Part shown: positions 28,218-43,193 of the stretch, in pieces | Numbering within the stretch: the first letter of the stretch is position 1 | Layout of the letters: the number at the start of each line of letters is the position of its first letter | Assembly (NCBI RefSeq): GCF_009914755.1 | Contig: NC_060926.1 | Direction: 5' to 3' (one strand) | From: the human T2T-CHM13v2.0 reference genome, Homo sapiens | DNA length: 64,000 nucleotides | Made by a program: the position numbers and the translations under genes | The notes under the pieces: model-generated | What the model was told of the DNA's origin: nothing | Databases searched by the model: none | The model's input: the letters and a program-made list of their open reading frames with translations, nothing else

Positions 28218-28443
28218 AACAACATTTGTTTATTGAGTTCTTAATCTGCCAGGCACTGTGCTAAGCTATGTGTGTTTTAGCTCATTTAATTGTCAAAATA
28301 ACTTGGTTAGGTAGGTACTGTTGTCATCATCACCCCATTTTAGGAGGACCTGAAGCATGGAGTTGTTAAGCTACTTGCAAGTGATCAGAAGATCTGGATT
28401 TTCAAGCTGGGCAGTTGGCCTCCAGAGCTCAGGCTCTTACCCA
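28218..28443 (-). mobile_element. MIR
   Basis: tttattgag..tgccaggcactgtgctaag..ctcatttaat..ggtaggtact..ccccatttta...ctccagagc. Confidence 0.8.
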
Positions 28444-28684
28444 TTTCTAAATCACTGCTCCTAAGTTGCTAAGGCAAATGATTGAACCAGGAATTGGTTT
28501 AGCCCCTGAATGACAAAGCATAGAGTAGTCATGGCTTCAGTGTAGCACTGATACCTTTATTTGAGGGATTCTGAAGAATTCTGACTTTATTACAGCCCTT
28601 GAGGCCTTTGATTAAGAAACTAATTCCCCTGATACATAATGAGATTTCTCTCTTGTTTCCTCAAAAGTGAGTGTGTATAGATCT

Positions 28685-29169
28685 AGGGCTGTGCCGTCCG
28701 ATACAGGAACCACCAGCCTTTGAGGTTGTGGAGCACTTGAAATGTGGCTAGTGTAACCTAGGAGCAAACAGTTTAAGTTTATTTCAGTTCAATTAATTTA
28801 CATTTAAAAACACTTCAGTTACTGGAAAACTTTTTCTGTATTTGGAACAACTTGGGTATGTGAACCTGTTTTTTTTTCATTTGTATATTTTATGAAATCT
28901 AAACATAAGTGTATCTGCTGAAAATTTAGCATGTGAATTACAATGTGCTGTAAGTAAAAATACACAAGATTTCAAAAGCTTATTTTGCATTTTTTCCCCT
29001 ACTTCATTAATAATTTTATGTTGGTTACATATTGAAATGATATACCTTATTTAAGCCAGTATATCCAAAACATTATTGAAATCAGTTTCTTCTTTTTACT
29101 TTTTAATGTAGCTACTAGAAAATTTAATTCCATATGTGCTTCTCATTTTAATTCTTTTAGACAATGCTG
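28685..29169 (+). mobile_element. Charlie4a-like hAT element
   Basis: gagcacttgaaatgtggctagtg...tttggaacaacttgggtatgtgaa...gctactagaaaattta; opposite orientation to 21544-22091. Confidence 0.8.
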
Positions 29170-30799
29170 TTTTAGAGCATAGATGTGAATACTCCCCTGT
29201 ACAACAATACCTTACTGAAGCAAGTGCTCAAAAGATAATTATTGAATAGGTGATTTGAGGGTGGGAGCTGGCTAGAGAACTCATTCAATGGGGAGAGATA
29301 ATGGAACCTGATTACTTTGTTGAAATTGGTACTTTAGGATATAAATGAAGTAATAATGATGCATAATAGACTCCACATAACATACACAATGCTTTATAGC
29401 CCTTTCTGTAAATTACCTCTTTGACTCACAACGTGATAAAATGAAAGTGGAGAAAATTAACATGAGCCAATTACTCTTGTTCAGATTGAGTTTCCTGTTT
29501 CTGCCATGAGCTGGAATACACTGACGCTGTTGATTCGTTTTTCTTCCTTTTGGGTGGATTTTGCAATTAAGCATATGAAGCCCTCCAGGACAGGCCTCCT
29601 CCTGGCTTCTTTTGCCTTCTTGTCTGCTGCTCACCACTTCCCTTGTCATCTGAGAACCTTTGCATACGTGTCATTTCAGCTCTTCCTGATATCATGTGTA
29701 ACACCGAGGAGGAAGTCAGTGCCTCTGGAATCAGAATTAAGTCTCTGCATTGCCTTGGGACACCCCATGCCTTGAGAAGTGACACAGCTATTGTCAACAC
29801 CTCTCATTATCCACCTACTTCTGACTACTTTTCTCTAGCCTCCTTGGCTAGTATCCCTTTTCCCACATGCTCCCTAAATGTTTGTTTGCACCCACAGCTG
29901 CACCCGTCTTCTGACTCATGCCATTTCTTTGTTATTCTGCATGTTGCCTGAGCCTTCCTATTCACTCTCAGGACTTCTGCTCCCCCTTGCGTGGCCTGTC
30001 CAGTGGTTGTCAAATTGGGGTGGAAATGCTGAACCTCCTGTGTCCTTATGCTCCGCTTGGAGAGGTCATCAATTGAAAATTCTTTGCTTAATTGAGCATG
30101 CAATTAAGAGTAAGGAAATACATGTTCTGATCTTTTTCTTCTGCTATGTTTTCTGGTTATAATTTTTTTAAAAAGAAAATAATGTCTCCGTCCTTTAGTT
30201 TTCCCACCTTGTAAAATGGGAGCAGTATGTGCATCCTAAGGCTAGTCTGAAGAAGCATTATGCCGTCATAGAGAAACACAGTAATTCTATGGTGTGCCGT
30301 ATTTGGCTGTATACTGCATTTTAGAGTAGTTAACTACCATTGGATTTGAAATAGTACATGAAACTGAAACACTGCATTTATTAATGAGGGTAATTTATTC
30401 CTAGGAAACCTTTTTAAAAATGAATGTCTCCTTTAAGTGTTTGTTGGTTTCCCCTTTCCTGACCATACCCTCCCTGCTTTGTGTCTGTGTTATTTCTTTT
30501 AAAATTTCAAATAGATTTGAATAACTTAGCTTAAAAGATAGCCTCTCCCCTCCCTAATAAAGGACAAAGGTGGCTATTTTAGAGGTGGGTGATATTTGAG
30601 GCTGAATAATGCAATGTTTACGGCATACACAGGAAGTGGGAAGACCTGGGTTCTGGTTCCATTTCTGCCTTTTCAATCATTTTGTGAGCTGAGCAAGTCC
30701 CGTAATCTCAGGTGATGTGTATGTCCCTTAGCACAGGGCCTGTTCTCTAGTAATTGCTCAATAAATATTAACCATTATTATTGGTTGTCTTCTGAGAAT

Positions 30800-31320
30800 A
30801 TCACTTGAAGATTTAGATGAAAGTATTTGGAAGATTGCTGTCTACGATTTGTCAACCGTGGCTGACAACTAGGACGTGGGAAAGTAGAGAAGAAGCTGAT
30901 AAAGATGAAAAGCTCATCTATAGAAAGATATTGAAAATTTATTTCTTCTAGATTACAAAATGACATTAGATATTATACCCTATGAGAAAAAATACGCTTA
31001 ATCAACCCATTTTCCTCTTATGGCCATAATTAGTACATAGTCGCATCAATAAAGATTGACAATATAGCCTTCTCATATTGCCACTTCTAGATCCACTTGT
31101 AGGCTTAATTTTGGATCATATGCCGGATTTGAATTGTATTATGGAATCACAGAGATTGTCATGGTGATATGCAGTTCCAGGAAGGAGTGAATCGTATGTT
31201 CTGGTTATTACATGAATGAGAGACCTAAGAGCTCAGTTAGCCAATTTAACATCTAGTCAAAGGTACTGTGGCTAAGGGATTAAATATGGTTCTCATTTGA
31301 AAGTGGGAGCAGAGCAGGAA
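30800..31320 (+). mobile_element. Possible L3/CR1 remnant
   Basis: Weak recalled resemblance to CR1 ORF2 (gatttagatgaaag...atttg...gacaact; tccaggaaggagtga). Confidence 0.25.
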
Positions 31321-32244
31321 CTTTGTAGTTGTGTGTTCTTTTAATAAAGGCTATTAATTTAGTTTTTTAAAAAAGAATTGGCCTCCTACCACCAGCTAAC
31401 TGTCATTGCTGTTCATTTCTGTTAGTATGACCAAGCCCTGTTCTGTGGAAGTGTTACAGAATGTTTGGCTTCACATAAGAGACCTCCCTTTCATGTCTAA
31501 AGAGGCAAGGAATGTAATTTTAGGTTGTTTGGAAGATCTAATTTTCAAAGCTGTGTGATTTAAAGAAAAAAAAAAAAAGCAGAAAAGTCCCGTACGCTGT
31601 CGTTTGCTTAGTCTTATCTGAGGTGCCCTTACATTTTGCTCTTTGTACCGTTTGAACAGCCAAGGAATATTAGTTTAACTCCTAGGTAATTTGGGACCAC
31701 GTTTTGTCTTTTGGAAAATGCAGTTACAAATCAGTTTTTTACAAAACAAAGTGAGGCTGTTCAGCCCTTCATTTTGATCCTCTGAGGAGTGAGGCTGTTT
31801 AGATTGAGCAAGTAAGATGTATTTATTCTTGACAAAGAAAGCCAAATTATTTACCAGAAAGCTCTTTTAGTTTCCTGTACCTAGCACTTGACTGCAGGGT
31901 GCCTTAAAAAAGCAAGGGACCAAAAATAAGCAAAAGAATGAGCTCTCAGTATAGTCCACGTGGGGGTGGGCGTCCGGCGCCTGGTTCTGTAGCAGCCCCA
32001 CTCCAGAACTGGAGCCAACATTTGTTTCCTTGTGGTTACATTTAGAAACTTTTAACCTTGGCTTCTCACACTCCCTGAACTTTATAAATAGGAACCTCTT
32101 CATATACTAGATGGCTTGGAGGCCTGTTACGAGTTCGTTTGAGGTTCTGGATGATGGTGATGTTTGGGAAATGGTGATGTTTGCTAATAACACTGCCAAG
32201 ACTTTTCTTTGGAAACGGAAGTCCACCTTGGTGTGTTTTTTTAA

Positions 32245-32375
32245 CCCAGTGTTTCTCAGGTGTAGAAGCATAATGAAAGCTTTTGAAAATTTCAAATTCC
32301 AGGCTATACCCTGTACTGCCTGGATCACAGTTTCAGTAGTGCGACTCCGGTAGCAGTATTTTTTAAAGCTCCTCA
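32245..32375 (+). mobile_element. MER5B-like fragment
   Basis: ccagtgtttctca...cagtattttttaaagctcctca. Confidence 0.5.
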
Positions 32376-33164
32376 TTCCAGCAATAACCCAACACTAACA
32401 GCTGATCACATCTGCTCTAATCTGAGACTGGATTGTGCACTAGCCATAAGGAGCTTTCTTTCAAATGCAAAATGATGGCATAACAGAAGTGTTCTTATTG
32501 TGATACTATAATCAAACAGAGTGATTTCATTGCTTCGATTAATATAGTCTTTCTACATTATAATAGCACAGGCTTGATGAACCAAGCATATCATAATTAT
32601 CCTTTATTGAAATAGAAACCTCCCAGCAGTGTCCTGAAGGGTCTTTAAGTACCTTGAGGTAGTACCTTCTAATTACCATTAATAAAAGATCAACAGGTTT
32701 TAGATATCCAATTAGTGTGTACGAAATTATCCTGGTCACTTATGTCTCAGTTTGTGCTTTTTTGTGCAGGTCCACAACCCTATGTTAATATTTTTGATTG
32801 AAAAGCTTCAAAAAAGATTTTTTTCTTTTAAAAGAACTCATTTTATTTACAAAGCCTGGCCAGACCTGAGCTCACCTGGCAGCCAACCTGACCTCAGCTA
32901 AAGGGAAGCTACTTACAGTCTTTATCCCAGTTGTGTTTGAGTACAAACATCCTAATGCTTTGACTATGGGATACTGCCCCAGATATGGCTGCCTTAAGGA
33001 GTACAAGGCGTATGCATTATCTTTATTACCTTTCCAAATTCCCAAAGAATTGTGAATTGCAAAAGACATCAGGCTCCAGGCAATTCAGATAAGGGACTGG
33101 TGGACCTGTGTTGTCATCAGGCCAATTCCAGGGTCTCATTTGCAATCACATAGTTTTCCTGCTC

Positions 33165-33345
33165 ATTCCAGCCCTCTGCCACTGTGTGACCTTGGGCAAG
33201 TAACTTGACCTTTTTGAGCCTAAGTTTCCTGTCTGTAAAGTGGTGCAAATGATGATAATCTGTCTTAAGGGTATTGTGAAGATTAAGAGAAATAATGTGC
33301 ACAGAGTGTTTTAAAAATAGAAGTTTAAGGAACTCGTGAATACAA
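33165..33345 (+). mobile_element. MIR
   Basis: ctgtgtgaccttgggcaagtaacttgacctttttgagcctaagtttcctgtctgtaaa. Confidence 0.85.
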
Positions 33346-33629
33346 GTTCTTCCTTTGGGCACTGTGATGGCACATGGTAAACCCTGAAATATAGGTTCCT
33401 TTTAGTAAGTGAGAGGTCCACCTTGAATTACAGTGATACACAGTAAAGTGTTGTTTTCAAGCTGTGGGCCAAGATTGGGTTTTGGAATCTGTTTATTAGG
33501 TTGTGACCTTGAGATCATTCTATATGGAAAAGAAATACAGTAATAGAATAAAAAGTATTTGTGCATTTCATCAAAGAAAGGCAATCTTTTTTTCAATACT
33601 TGCACATTTGTATATGTATGATACATATC

Positions 33630-33795
<166 letters not shown>

Positions 33796-34290
33796 TGAGT
33801 CATGATCCTAGTGTTGTGGGAGAGACAAACAAAAAGAGGTTGGAGTAGATTTTTATTAATAATAACAGAATTATTCTGTTCACTCTTTCCAGGGAATATA
33901 GATCTCTGTTTTTCATGGTCCACTTATTTTTAGTGTACTGAGATGGTCTAATACACAAGTAATACTCACATGGTGATTGAGATAATTGAGAAAATCATGG
34001 GGCTGATATTAGTCAAAAGTTCCTTTTGCATATACTGTCCAAAAAATCAAGGCCCAAGATTTCATATTGATTCAAATGATCTGAATAGTTGCCTTCACTC
34101 TTTATTTCATATTGCATATGCAGACCCAGTATTGAAAAGTCTTCATAGAAAATATTGACAATACCCTTCTGTTAGGACAGTCTTAGCATAAGAAATATGT
34201 ACAATGAATATCTTGGACCATGGAGTATTTGTGTAGTTTATCACATTTGGAATTTTCTGCCCCTTGGAGTTTGTTTAATCGTAAGTCAAA

Positions 34291-34588
<298 letters not shown>

Positions 34589-34814
34589 CAAATTTACTTA
34601 AAACCAAACTTTTTCTTGTCCCATCTCACTTGCTTACCCAGTGTTACCTGCTCATCCTGTTCCTGTGACACTGACATCAGGAAAGCCACTAGCTCTGTGA
34701 TTTACAGTTGCCTTTTGAGTATTGGCTGAAGAGAAATTTTACCTCTAAATGTAAAGCTTTTTAATTAAATGGAAAATGAGCTTCACTTACTTTATATAAT
34801 TAAGATGCAGTCAG

Positions 34815-35129
<315 letters not shown>

Positions 35130-35414
35130 TCAGCACTTATTTCACGTACCTGTTTAGACTGTGCTTAGTTGCCAATGATTGATAGGCATTAGTTGGGTCT
35201 GAATGGACCTATGGAGCCATGGAGCTTTTATTTAACAATTCTTTATCTGATGTCTGGGAAGCAGAGGAGAACAGAGTCACAGAGCCGTTTAAAGGCATAA
35301 TGTTGTCTTATTTTTATCACTAAGTTGATTGCAAGGTTTTTGTCTTTTTGGAGGCTATACAACATAGTGACTGGAATAAAAACTTCAGTTGCACCCCTAT
35401 AGCTTGCTCTCCAA

Positions 35415-35545
35415 GGTCTAAGTGACTGTGGGCAAGTCATTTCGTCTTCCAAAACCTGTTTGCTTATCTATAAAGGAGGAAAATGTGGGTACAGAACTCA
35501 CCTTGAAGAATTATGCAAAAAATAAGTGAAGTATGTGTAAAACCA
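35415..35545 (+). mobile_element. MIR (degraded)
   Basis: gtgactgtgggcaagtcattt...gtttgcttatctataaa. Confidence 0.55.
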
Positions 35546-35799
35546 TTATTGGAAACTGGTAACTGCTATTCAAATATAAAAATGAATGGTGATAGAATAC
35601 TGGAAAATTTCTGAGAATAGGATCTGTATCTAGTTTATCTTTGGACCCATAAAAATATAGCTAACATGCTTTGTAGCAGTTCATTAAATTCTGGAAGTTA
35701 GTTTGCCTGTGGATGACTGAAAGCTGTTAGTTTTATTTCCCTTTTTGATATTTAGATGTGAATATGGAGAGGATGGAGATAGATGTCCAACCTCTTAGA

Positions 35800-36368
<569 letters not shown>

Positions 36369-36644
36369 GGAAAATTCTGCTCCATCATAGATTTAGCACT
36401 TTGAGCAATTATGTTTCTAGTGAGTCCAGGTATCCCTGAGTAGGGTGGTATGGTTTTAGGGTGAGGGTGCCCCTTGATGCACTTCACCTTCTCCTCTTTT
36501 ATGAATACAATGACTATTCATTTCAAAATTCCTGTCTCAGATGGTATCCTGAGGAGCCTTGGATGATGTCAGCAGTGTGGCTTCCTTTCAGAGAGTCTGG
36601 TTGGCATCAAAATGCACCAAGATTGCACTATTCTAGGAATGGCT

Positions 36645-36725
36645 TTAAAACACCAGCTCTGTTTACCATTTGATGATATATTTGTATTACTTAAAGCACC
36701 AGCTATGTTTACTATTTGATTATAT
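36645..36725. repeat. Diverged direct repeat, 46-bp period
   Basis: ttaaaacaccagctctgtttaccatttgatgatat vs ttaaagcaccagctatgtttactatttgattatat (31/35). Confidence 0.85.
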
Positions 36726-36778
36726 GCTTTAACCATTTATGTTTGGTTTCTATTTATTGTTCAGTAAAGGAAAAGCTA

Positions 36779-37122
<344 letters not shown>

Positions 37123-38611
37123 TTGTAGATGAGAGATAGTTTGGCAGTCCTCATGAGAACCCCCCATAGTGGGCGGAACACCTTGTGTAAACTTGGTATT
37201 GTTTCTAGGGTTTAAAAAATATTAATAATTATTATACTAATTCTCAGATTATATTATATTAATTTCTCAGATGTGCAGTTCTCAAATCTGAGAAATAGCT
37301 CATAGGAAGAGTTCTAAGCTGTGAGGTTGAGTCCATTTTCTGATTCATTTGGGGGCAGAAATTCCTATCTGGGAAGTTAGAATGATCATTTGTGTAAGAT
37401 CTTATTTATCGTCTCAAGCTTCAAAGCAGGATTATAAGCACTTGGTTTTCAATGCATGAAAATGCCCTTGGTTAGAAATAAACAAAAAGTATGGGAATCT
37501 TAACTTTACTGAAAAGATAGGGCAAGTAGCTTGGAACCTCCCTATTTGGAAAGCTTACCATAGAGATCTAGCACAATTAAGCAAAAAGTTAGTTTCCATG
37601 AGGATTACCAAGAATTATAGTGCAGTAAGCCACAGCAGACAGCTAGCTGCTGAAATCTATAAAAACTTATTTAGAGACGAGCTTACTCATCATTAGCCTT
37701 CACTTTTGGAGCTAGAGTTTTTATTAGTTAATTTCATTAGTAAAGGAATACTCCTACAAACTGGGGAAGTCTCAGGTGCTCAGATTCTTCATCTATAAAA
37801 TGAGGATGTTGGAAATAAATGACTTTTGAAAAATCTTCCAAAAAACCCCACAGTGTCTAGATTTTGGTGCTGTTTTACCCCCATCCCAAACTTGTTTCTT
37901 CTTCCTTGATTTCCTGTCAGCTCTGATTGCTGTAGATCCTGGATGATGACAAATTGGTGTCTCAGAGTAAGGAGCAAACAAGACAGGAGCCTCAAGCAGG
38001 CTGTCCGTTGATTTGTTGTTTGGGTTTTTGGTCTATTTGCAGCTTCTCAGGTCCTAGCCAATACAAATAGGTGAGGTTCTTATATAATTTTACACTGGCA
38101 AATTAGAACAAAACAAAACAGTGGAGGGAAGCGGGAGATGGACATTGAGTATAGGTTGGACAATAACGATAGAAAAGTGGTTTGGATTCTTTATAATTAT
38201 GGTCTGACATGGTTCCAGTAAAGGTGTCTTTGGTTAAATTAGGTAATACGTGGTGTATATATATACACACAAACTATAGACACATGAACATAGCAGCTGC
38301 TAAATTTAATGCCCCAGCGTTGCTTCATACTACATGTAGATTTTAATGAGTCAGCACAGCCTGCTAAACCAAGCTTCTGGCACCGAGAGCCTTTTTAAAA
38401 CTCATCTAAACACTATTATTGATCATTCACAAGTGGTGGTTAAATTTTTTTTTAAATAGCAGAATCTTTGTTACCCAAATTAAAAGTTACACAGAACCAC
38501 AGTATATAAAATAGTTAAAAGCCAAACACTGCCTTGTTCCTGGGCTCCCTGGGGCCTCCAGGGGACTTTGAGAACTTTGGTTACATTGTTTGAAAAATTC
38601 TGACTAAAATG

Positions 38612-38642
38612 TATATACTTAATATACGTATACATATATACA

Positions 38643-38658
<16 letters not shown>
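38612..38658. repeat. (TA)n-rich microsatellite abutting an Alu tail
   Basis: tatatacatatatatatatatata. Confidence 0.85.
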
Positions 38659-38676
<18 letters not shown>

Positions 38677-38946
38677 TTTGAGACAGAGTCTTACTGTGTC
38701 GCCCAGGCTGGAGTACAGTGGCATGATCTTGGCTCACTCCCGGGTTCAAGTGATTCTCCTGCGTCAGCCTCCTAAGTAGCTGGGATTACAGGCACGCGCC
38801 AACGTGCCCAGCTAATTTTTGTATTTTTAGTAGAGACGGGGTTTTACCATGTTGGTCAGGCTGGTCTCAAACTCCTGACCTCGTGATCTGCTGGCCTTGG
38901 CCTCCCAAAGTGCTGGGATTATAGGTGTGAGCTACTGTGCCCGGCC
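38659..38946 (-). mobile_element. Alu, AluSg-like
   Basis: Antisense dimer, ctcctgacctcgtgatc, short right-arm deletion. Confidence 0.93.
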
Positions 38947-39519
38947 TGAAAATTTTTTTAGTTATTGTTACAAAAAGGCAAAGTGTACCAAATAACAAAA
39001 TTGCAAAACACCATTCAGGTATTATGGTGGTGATCTGATTGTGTTTTTATTTTAGTAGGAAGCAGTTCTATACATTGAAAATCATTTGTGTTTAATGTTG
39101 AGTGGTGTAGAAAATGTTCATAATATAAAGACTAATGTAGGATGAGAGCTAAATTTCAGGAAGGTTCAGTGAGTATAAATTCACTGAAAAAAGTATTTAA
39201 AAGTATTATAAAGACAAAGATGAGTTTTACTAAAAAGCTTATATGGATGAAATTAAGTAGAATAAAGATGAAACTTTGTGACCTGGTGAATTTCAAATAA
39301 GTATATTAAAACTACAGTATATGCTTGATTATAAGGCAACTCTCAAATGAGGTGATGTCCCACATTCTCAAGAAGAATAACAAATAAGTTCTGAATGTAT
39401 AAACTTCTTGGGATATAGGTGAAATAATTGAAAGTATGTTAATATTTAGTTACACATATAAAATATGAGATAAATTTTAGAAAACCTTCATTTTCCCACT
39501 CCAAGTTTTCAAGAAACAG

Positions 39520-39855
39520 TTTTTTTTTGTTGTTGTTGGTTTGTTTTGTTTTGAGACGGTGTCTCACTCTGTTGCCCAGGCTCGAGTTCACTGATGTGAT
39601 CATGGCTCACTGCAGCCTCGAACTCCTGGGCTCAACCAATCCTCCTGCCTCAGCCAATCCTCCTGCCTCAGCTTCCTGAGTAACTGGAACTACAGGCATG
39701 CACCACCACACCTGGCTAATTAAAAACAAGTTTTTAGGAGGGATGAGGTATCACCATGTTGCCTAGGCTGGTCCTGAATTCCTGGGCTCAAGTCATCCTC
39801 CTGCGTTGGCCTCCTAAAGTTCTGGGATTACAGGAGTGAGCCACTGCTTCCGGCC
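39520..39855 (-). mobile_element. Alu, AluJ with 18-bp internal duplication
   Basis: Antisense dimer; CCAATCCTCCTGCCTCAG x2 at 39636-39671. Confidence 0.93.
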
Positions 39856-40044
39856 AAGTGAAGCAGTTTTATTTAAATCCTACATGTGCTTCAACATTAC
39901 TTCATCACCAGAACCACTTTTTGGCTCCTTCTATAGTTTGAGTATGTCATCTTTATTTCTAAGTCTGTATGATATCAATTTTGCATTAGCACCTCGACTT
40001 TGATGTTTTTACATTCTAAATTATCTACATGATGTAAAAAATAA

Positions 40045-40640
<596 letters not shown>

Positions 40641-40759
40641 AATTTGACCACTACAACTCACAAATCTAATAATAATCTTGCATTTTTTTGTCTGAATTAG
40701 CAGAACCAGAAGTTACACTTAAGATAGGTTAGGTAATTTCTAAATTAAAAATAACTCTG

Positions 40760-41080
<321 letters not shown>

Positions 41081-41867
41081 TCAGCCTCAAAACAAACAAA
41101 CAAAACAAAAAAAACTTTGGGGATAATGCCCATCTACCAAGGGCTATGCAGTAACTTGGGATTCTTGGCAGTAGGCATTTTCAAGAATACAGTATACATG
41201 GAAACCAGATGCATGCAGTAAAAAATGTATCACCAGCCTTGAGTGCACTGTTCATTTTTCCAGTGAGACCTTCAAAGGGTCTGTGAAATGAAGCCTGGTG
41301 TTTTCCTCTTCAAGGACTCATTTTTGAGTACACTAAGAACAAAATTTTGGCCTCTCTGTTAGGCATAATTTCAGAGTCTCTCTCTACACATTCATTGGAT
41401 TTTGCAAGATATGTCTGTATATATACACAAGTGGCTCCCATCTTAGTCTGCAGATTTGAAGCATATGTATGTGCTTGTGCATAGTCATTCTGCCTCTGCG
41501 CATGTTTCACTAAATTTATTGCATGGACTCTTTTATGGCTCTCTAAAGGAAAGTAAACACTTAACTGAACAAAAAGTTCAGCTTTACATTTTAAAAAATT
41601 TCTTCTAAGCAGAAGAGTTTGAGATAAAACATGTCTAGTGACGCCTCCATTTATCTACTGCTTACCTAGTTTACTCGCCAAAATAGATCATTTAATTGAA
41701 ACTATCCAGTTTGTGTGATGTCTTCCTAAAATACACTTAACTGATTGAAGTTTGACCCACCCGTTCATTATTATCCATTTTCATTCAAATAATTAACTTG
41801 ATTATGACTTCGATATAGCACTTTCAACAGCCAAAAAACAACGTTTTGGCCTTTTTAGTACTTTTCT

Positions 41868-42035
41868 ACCCTGGTATTTCACGTGAGACTCACGTGGGGA
41901 GCTTTAAAAAATAGTGCTGCCCAGGCTTTTCCCCCAAGATTCTGATTTAATTTGTTTGGGGTGGAGCCCAGGCACTGGTAGTTTTTTAAAGCCTCCCAGG
42001 TGAGTCTAACTTGTAGTCAGAATTGACAGCCACAG
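41868..42035 (+). mobile_element. MER5A1-like
   Basis: ggggagctttaaaaaata..tgcccagg..agattctgatttaatt..tggggtggagcccaggca..cccaggtgagtctaa. Confidence 0.85.
41880..41896. promoter_or_regulatory. Tandem E-box CACGTG-N5-CACGTG (ChoRE consensus)
   Basis: CACGTG AGACT CACGTG read directly; function not shown. Confidence 0.5.
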
Positions 42036-42944
42036 CTACAGCTACAGCTACAGCGTTTTTGTAAACTTTATTATTGAAACTAAGCAATTCAGGTTGAAAT
42101 TTGTTTTACGTGTAGGATTGTCGTGATAGGTCCTCTCCAGTGTTCAGATCAACCTGATAATGTCAGATCTTCTAGGAAATTGGTGTCATGTTTGCAGCGT
42201 TATTTATCTCCTATTTTCAACGTACTTTGGGGCCATTCTTGGAAGGCTGATCGGGAAAATTAGTTGCATAAATAAAACCTTAATGCTAGCCTGGGGATAA
42301 CTACCTTCCTTTATGACTCCAGCTATTTAGGTAGTACTCAAAGTTGCCTCTTAAATCACACTGCCTCAGTCAACTTTATGGAAATGGATTTAAATAGTGG
42401 TGAACTTTCCTCCGTCATGGAGAGGAGCCCAGTGGATTTGCTCTGGTGACCTCAGTCACACTCAGCACAGTAGAGCCTTGTTAGGGACCCAGGAGGCAGC
42501 AGTCTTACCTTTCTCTGCCAGATGACTATGTAAATAGTCAATGACAGGTCGCTATAAAAGTTTCAAATTCCTAAATGAAAACCAAGTTTTCCAAGGAAGA
42601 AATACAAAGCCTTAGCATGTGTACTTAAATTAAAAAATACTTAAGTCTACTGGAACTGTGTATTTTTTTCTACCACATGAATCTTTTTTAGAAGAGGGGA
42701 TTTTCTTTCTCCCCTAGCCAGTAAATATTTATCTTTTGGATATATAGACCAGCTGCATATACTGCATGGATTCCTTTCCATTCATATGTGAAATAGCACA
42801 TTTTTTTCCACTAGCCAGCAAGACTCATACTAGTATATTACTCATAATAGGATGCATTGAGTCTTTTTGATTCATTCTTGCTCTTCTAGGATCCTCATCA
42901 GCTTCCATGGAAGTTTACGATCAGTTTCTTAAGACTGGCTGCGA

Positions 42945-43193
42945 TGGGTTTTGCGTGTGAGGCAGTGTGCTTAAGGTTCTAGACTCAAACTTTTTGGATT
43001 TGAATTCTGGCTTTTCCACTTAATAACTGAAGGACTTAGTTTTTAAAAGACTTCTCTAAACCATATTTTCTCCATCTACAAAATGGGAATAATCATTGCT
43101 ACCTATCTCATAGGGCAGTAGTGAGACTCAAATGAGGTCTTTCAAGCCTTTGAAACAGTTTCTGGCATTCTGTAAATGTTAGCTGCTGCTGCT
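42945..43193 (+). mobile_element. MIR
   Basis: ggatttgaattctggct..ccactta...catctacaaaatgggaataat..acctatctcataggg...taaatgttagctg. Confidence 0.82.

Noticed and set aside
37230-37296. Short direct repeat plus an 11-bp inverted repeat (atttctcagat / atctgagaaat)
   Set aside because: AT-rich and short, plausible by chance; too small for a pre-miRNA
42890-42960. Acceptor ttcttgctcttctag|G
   Set aside because: Only a weak downstream donor, and it runs into a MIR
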